NCBI GenBank assembly: GCA_026770705.1
Contig: JANJGN010000009.1
Coordinates: forward strand, 163,494,001-163,558,000
DNA from: Isurus oxyrinchus
Taxonomy: Eukaryota
Direction of reading: 5' to 3'
Length of the DNA: 64,000 nt
This document shows, piece after piece, positions 63,186-64,000 of this stretch. A program made the translations under genes and the position numbers. The stretch's first letter is position 1; every line of letters starts with the position of its first letter. The notes under the pieces are model-generated. The model made no database searches, was not told the origin of the DNA, and was given only the letters and a program-made list of their open reading frames with translations.

Positions 63186-64000
63186 GAGGCGATGGAGGTA
63201 GTGAATGTGGGGGTGGAGGAGGAGACATCAGCAGCGGCAGCAGCAGAGACAGTGACTGAGGCTGAGGAGGGGGAGGCAGCGGCTGTGACAGTGACAGAGG
63301 GAGAAGCAGCGAAGGCGGCAGCAGCAAAGGCTGAGGCCACAGTGAGGGAGGCTGTGGAGAGGGAGCTGGAGGTGGGGCAGAGGCAGCGAGGAGACGGTAC
63401 GAGACCAGGAGCAGCAACAAAACCTGCCTTGTGGTTTGTGAGGCTCAGGGCAATGGCGACTGAGAGTTGATATCTTCCATGTGCCATGTGTGTGTCTCCG
63501 AGTCAGCGCACCGGACCACACTGCTTCTGCCCGATTAGGGCGCTTCAGTGGAGTCCGACACCAGTCCAGTGCCACCCAGCTCCCATTCCCGAGGACAGGT
63601 GATGGAACCTGCCCAGTGCCAGGATGAGCTGCTTGGTAAGATCGGGAGGTGGGAAGTAGAGAAGGCAGCCGACCAGGAAAAGCTGGAGGATATCTCCAGG
63701 ATTACTGACTGTCTCCAAGAAGAAACTCTTGTAGCCTTCAGGCAGGGTATATATATGTTTATATAGCTGCAATTTAAAGTTACCTGCCACATCCCTTTTA
63801 ACACTTTCTAATGCAGCATCGCTCTGATCAGAATCAGATTTATTGGGGTTGTGCAAATGTCTCCCCAGCCTCTGATATAACAATAAAAAGCTGCTTTTTC
63901 CTTTCCAGTTGCAGTAAGAGGACTGTCCCAGCCTCTCACTGTGACAGGGCAGCCCAGGACTATGTCTCTCAGTGCAACACCCAGGAACACACACAGTGCA

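Larger units (their letters stand above)
39862..64000 (+). repeat. Tandem segmental duplication, copy B (continues beyond window)
   Basis: Matches 1..22231 apart from scattered substitutions and small indels, an extra 1763-bp segment (60968..62730) and 4 extra 27-bp repeat units. Confidence 0.97.

Overview
Eukaryotic genomic DNA, almost certainly from a shark or other elasmobranch (CR1, L2, Penelope and Tx1 retroelements, Deu-domain SINEs, Harbinger-type MITEs). The window covers about 1.6 units of a recent ~40-42 kb tandem duplication: 1..22231 is repeated at 39862..64000. Each unit carries one + strand gene for an inhibitory immunoglobulin-superfamily receptor. The copy at 27901..48794 is complete, and I reconstructed it by hand as 7 exons encoding 417 aa: signal peptide, CD300/pIgR-type V domain, FCRL/PECAM-type C2 domain, Ser/Thr-rich stalk, uncharged TM, and a tail with four Tyr motifs (ITSM, two ITIMs, one ITIM-like). 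The upstream copy (1508..8954) shows only its last five exons. The rest is mostly transposon debris. Notable items are a composite Penelope insertion with minimal hammerhead-ribozyme motifs carrying a recurrent A6U core change, three Tx1 3' ends stacked in one ~20-bp target next to a tRNA-like sequence, several head-to-head inverted retroelement tails, a variable 27-bp minisatellite, and a possible decayed second V exon. Repeat boundaries were read by eye and are approximate; exon boundaries were checked for splice sites and phase.
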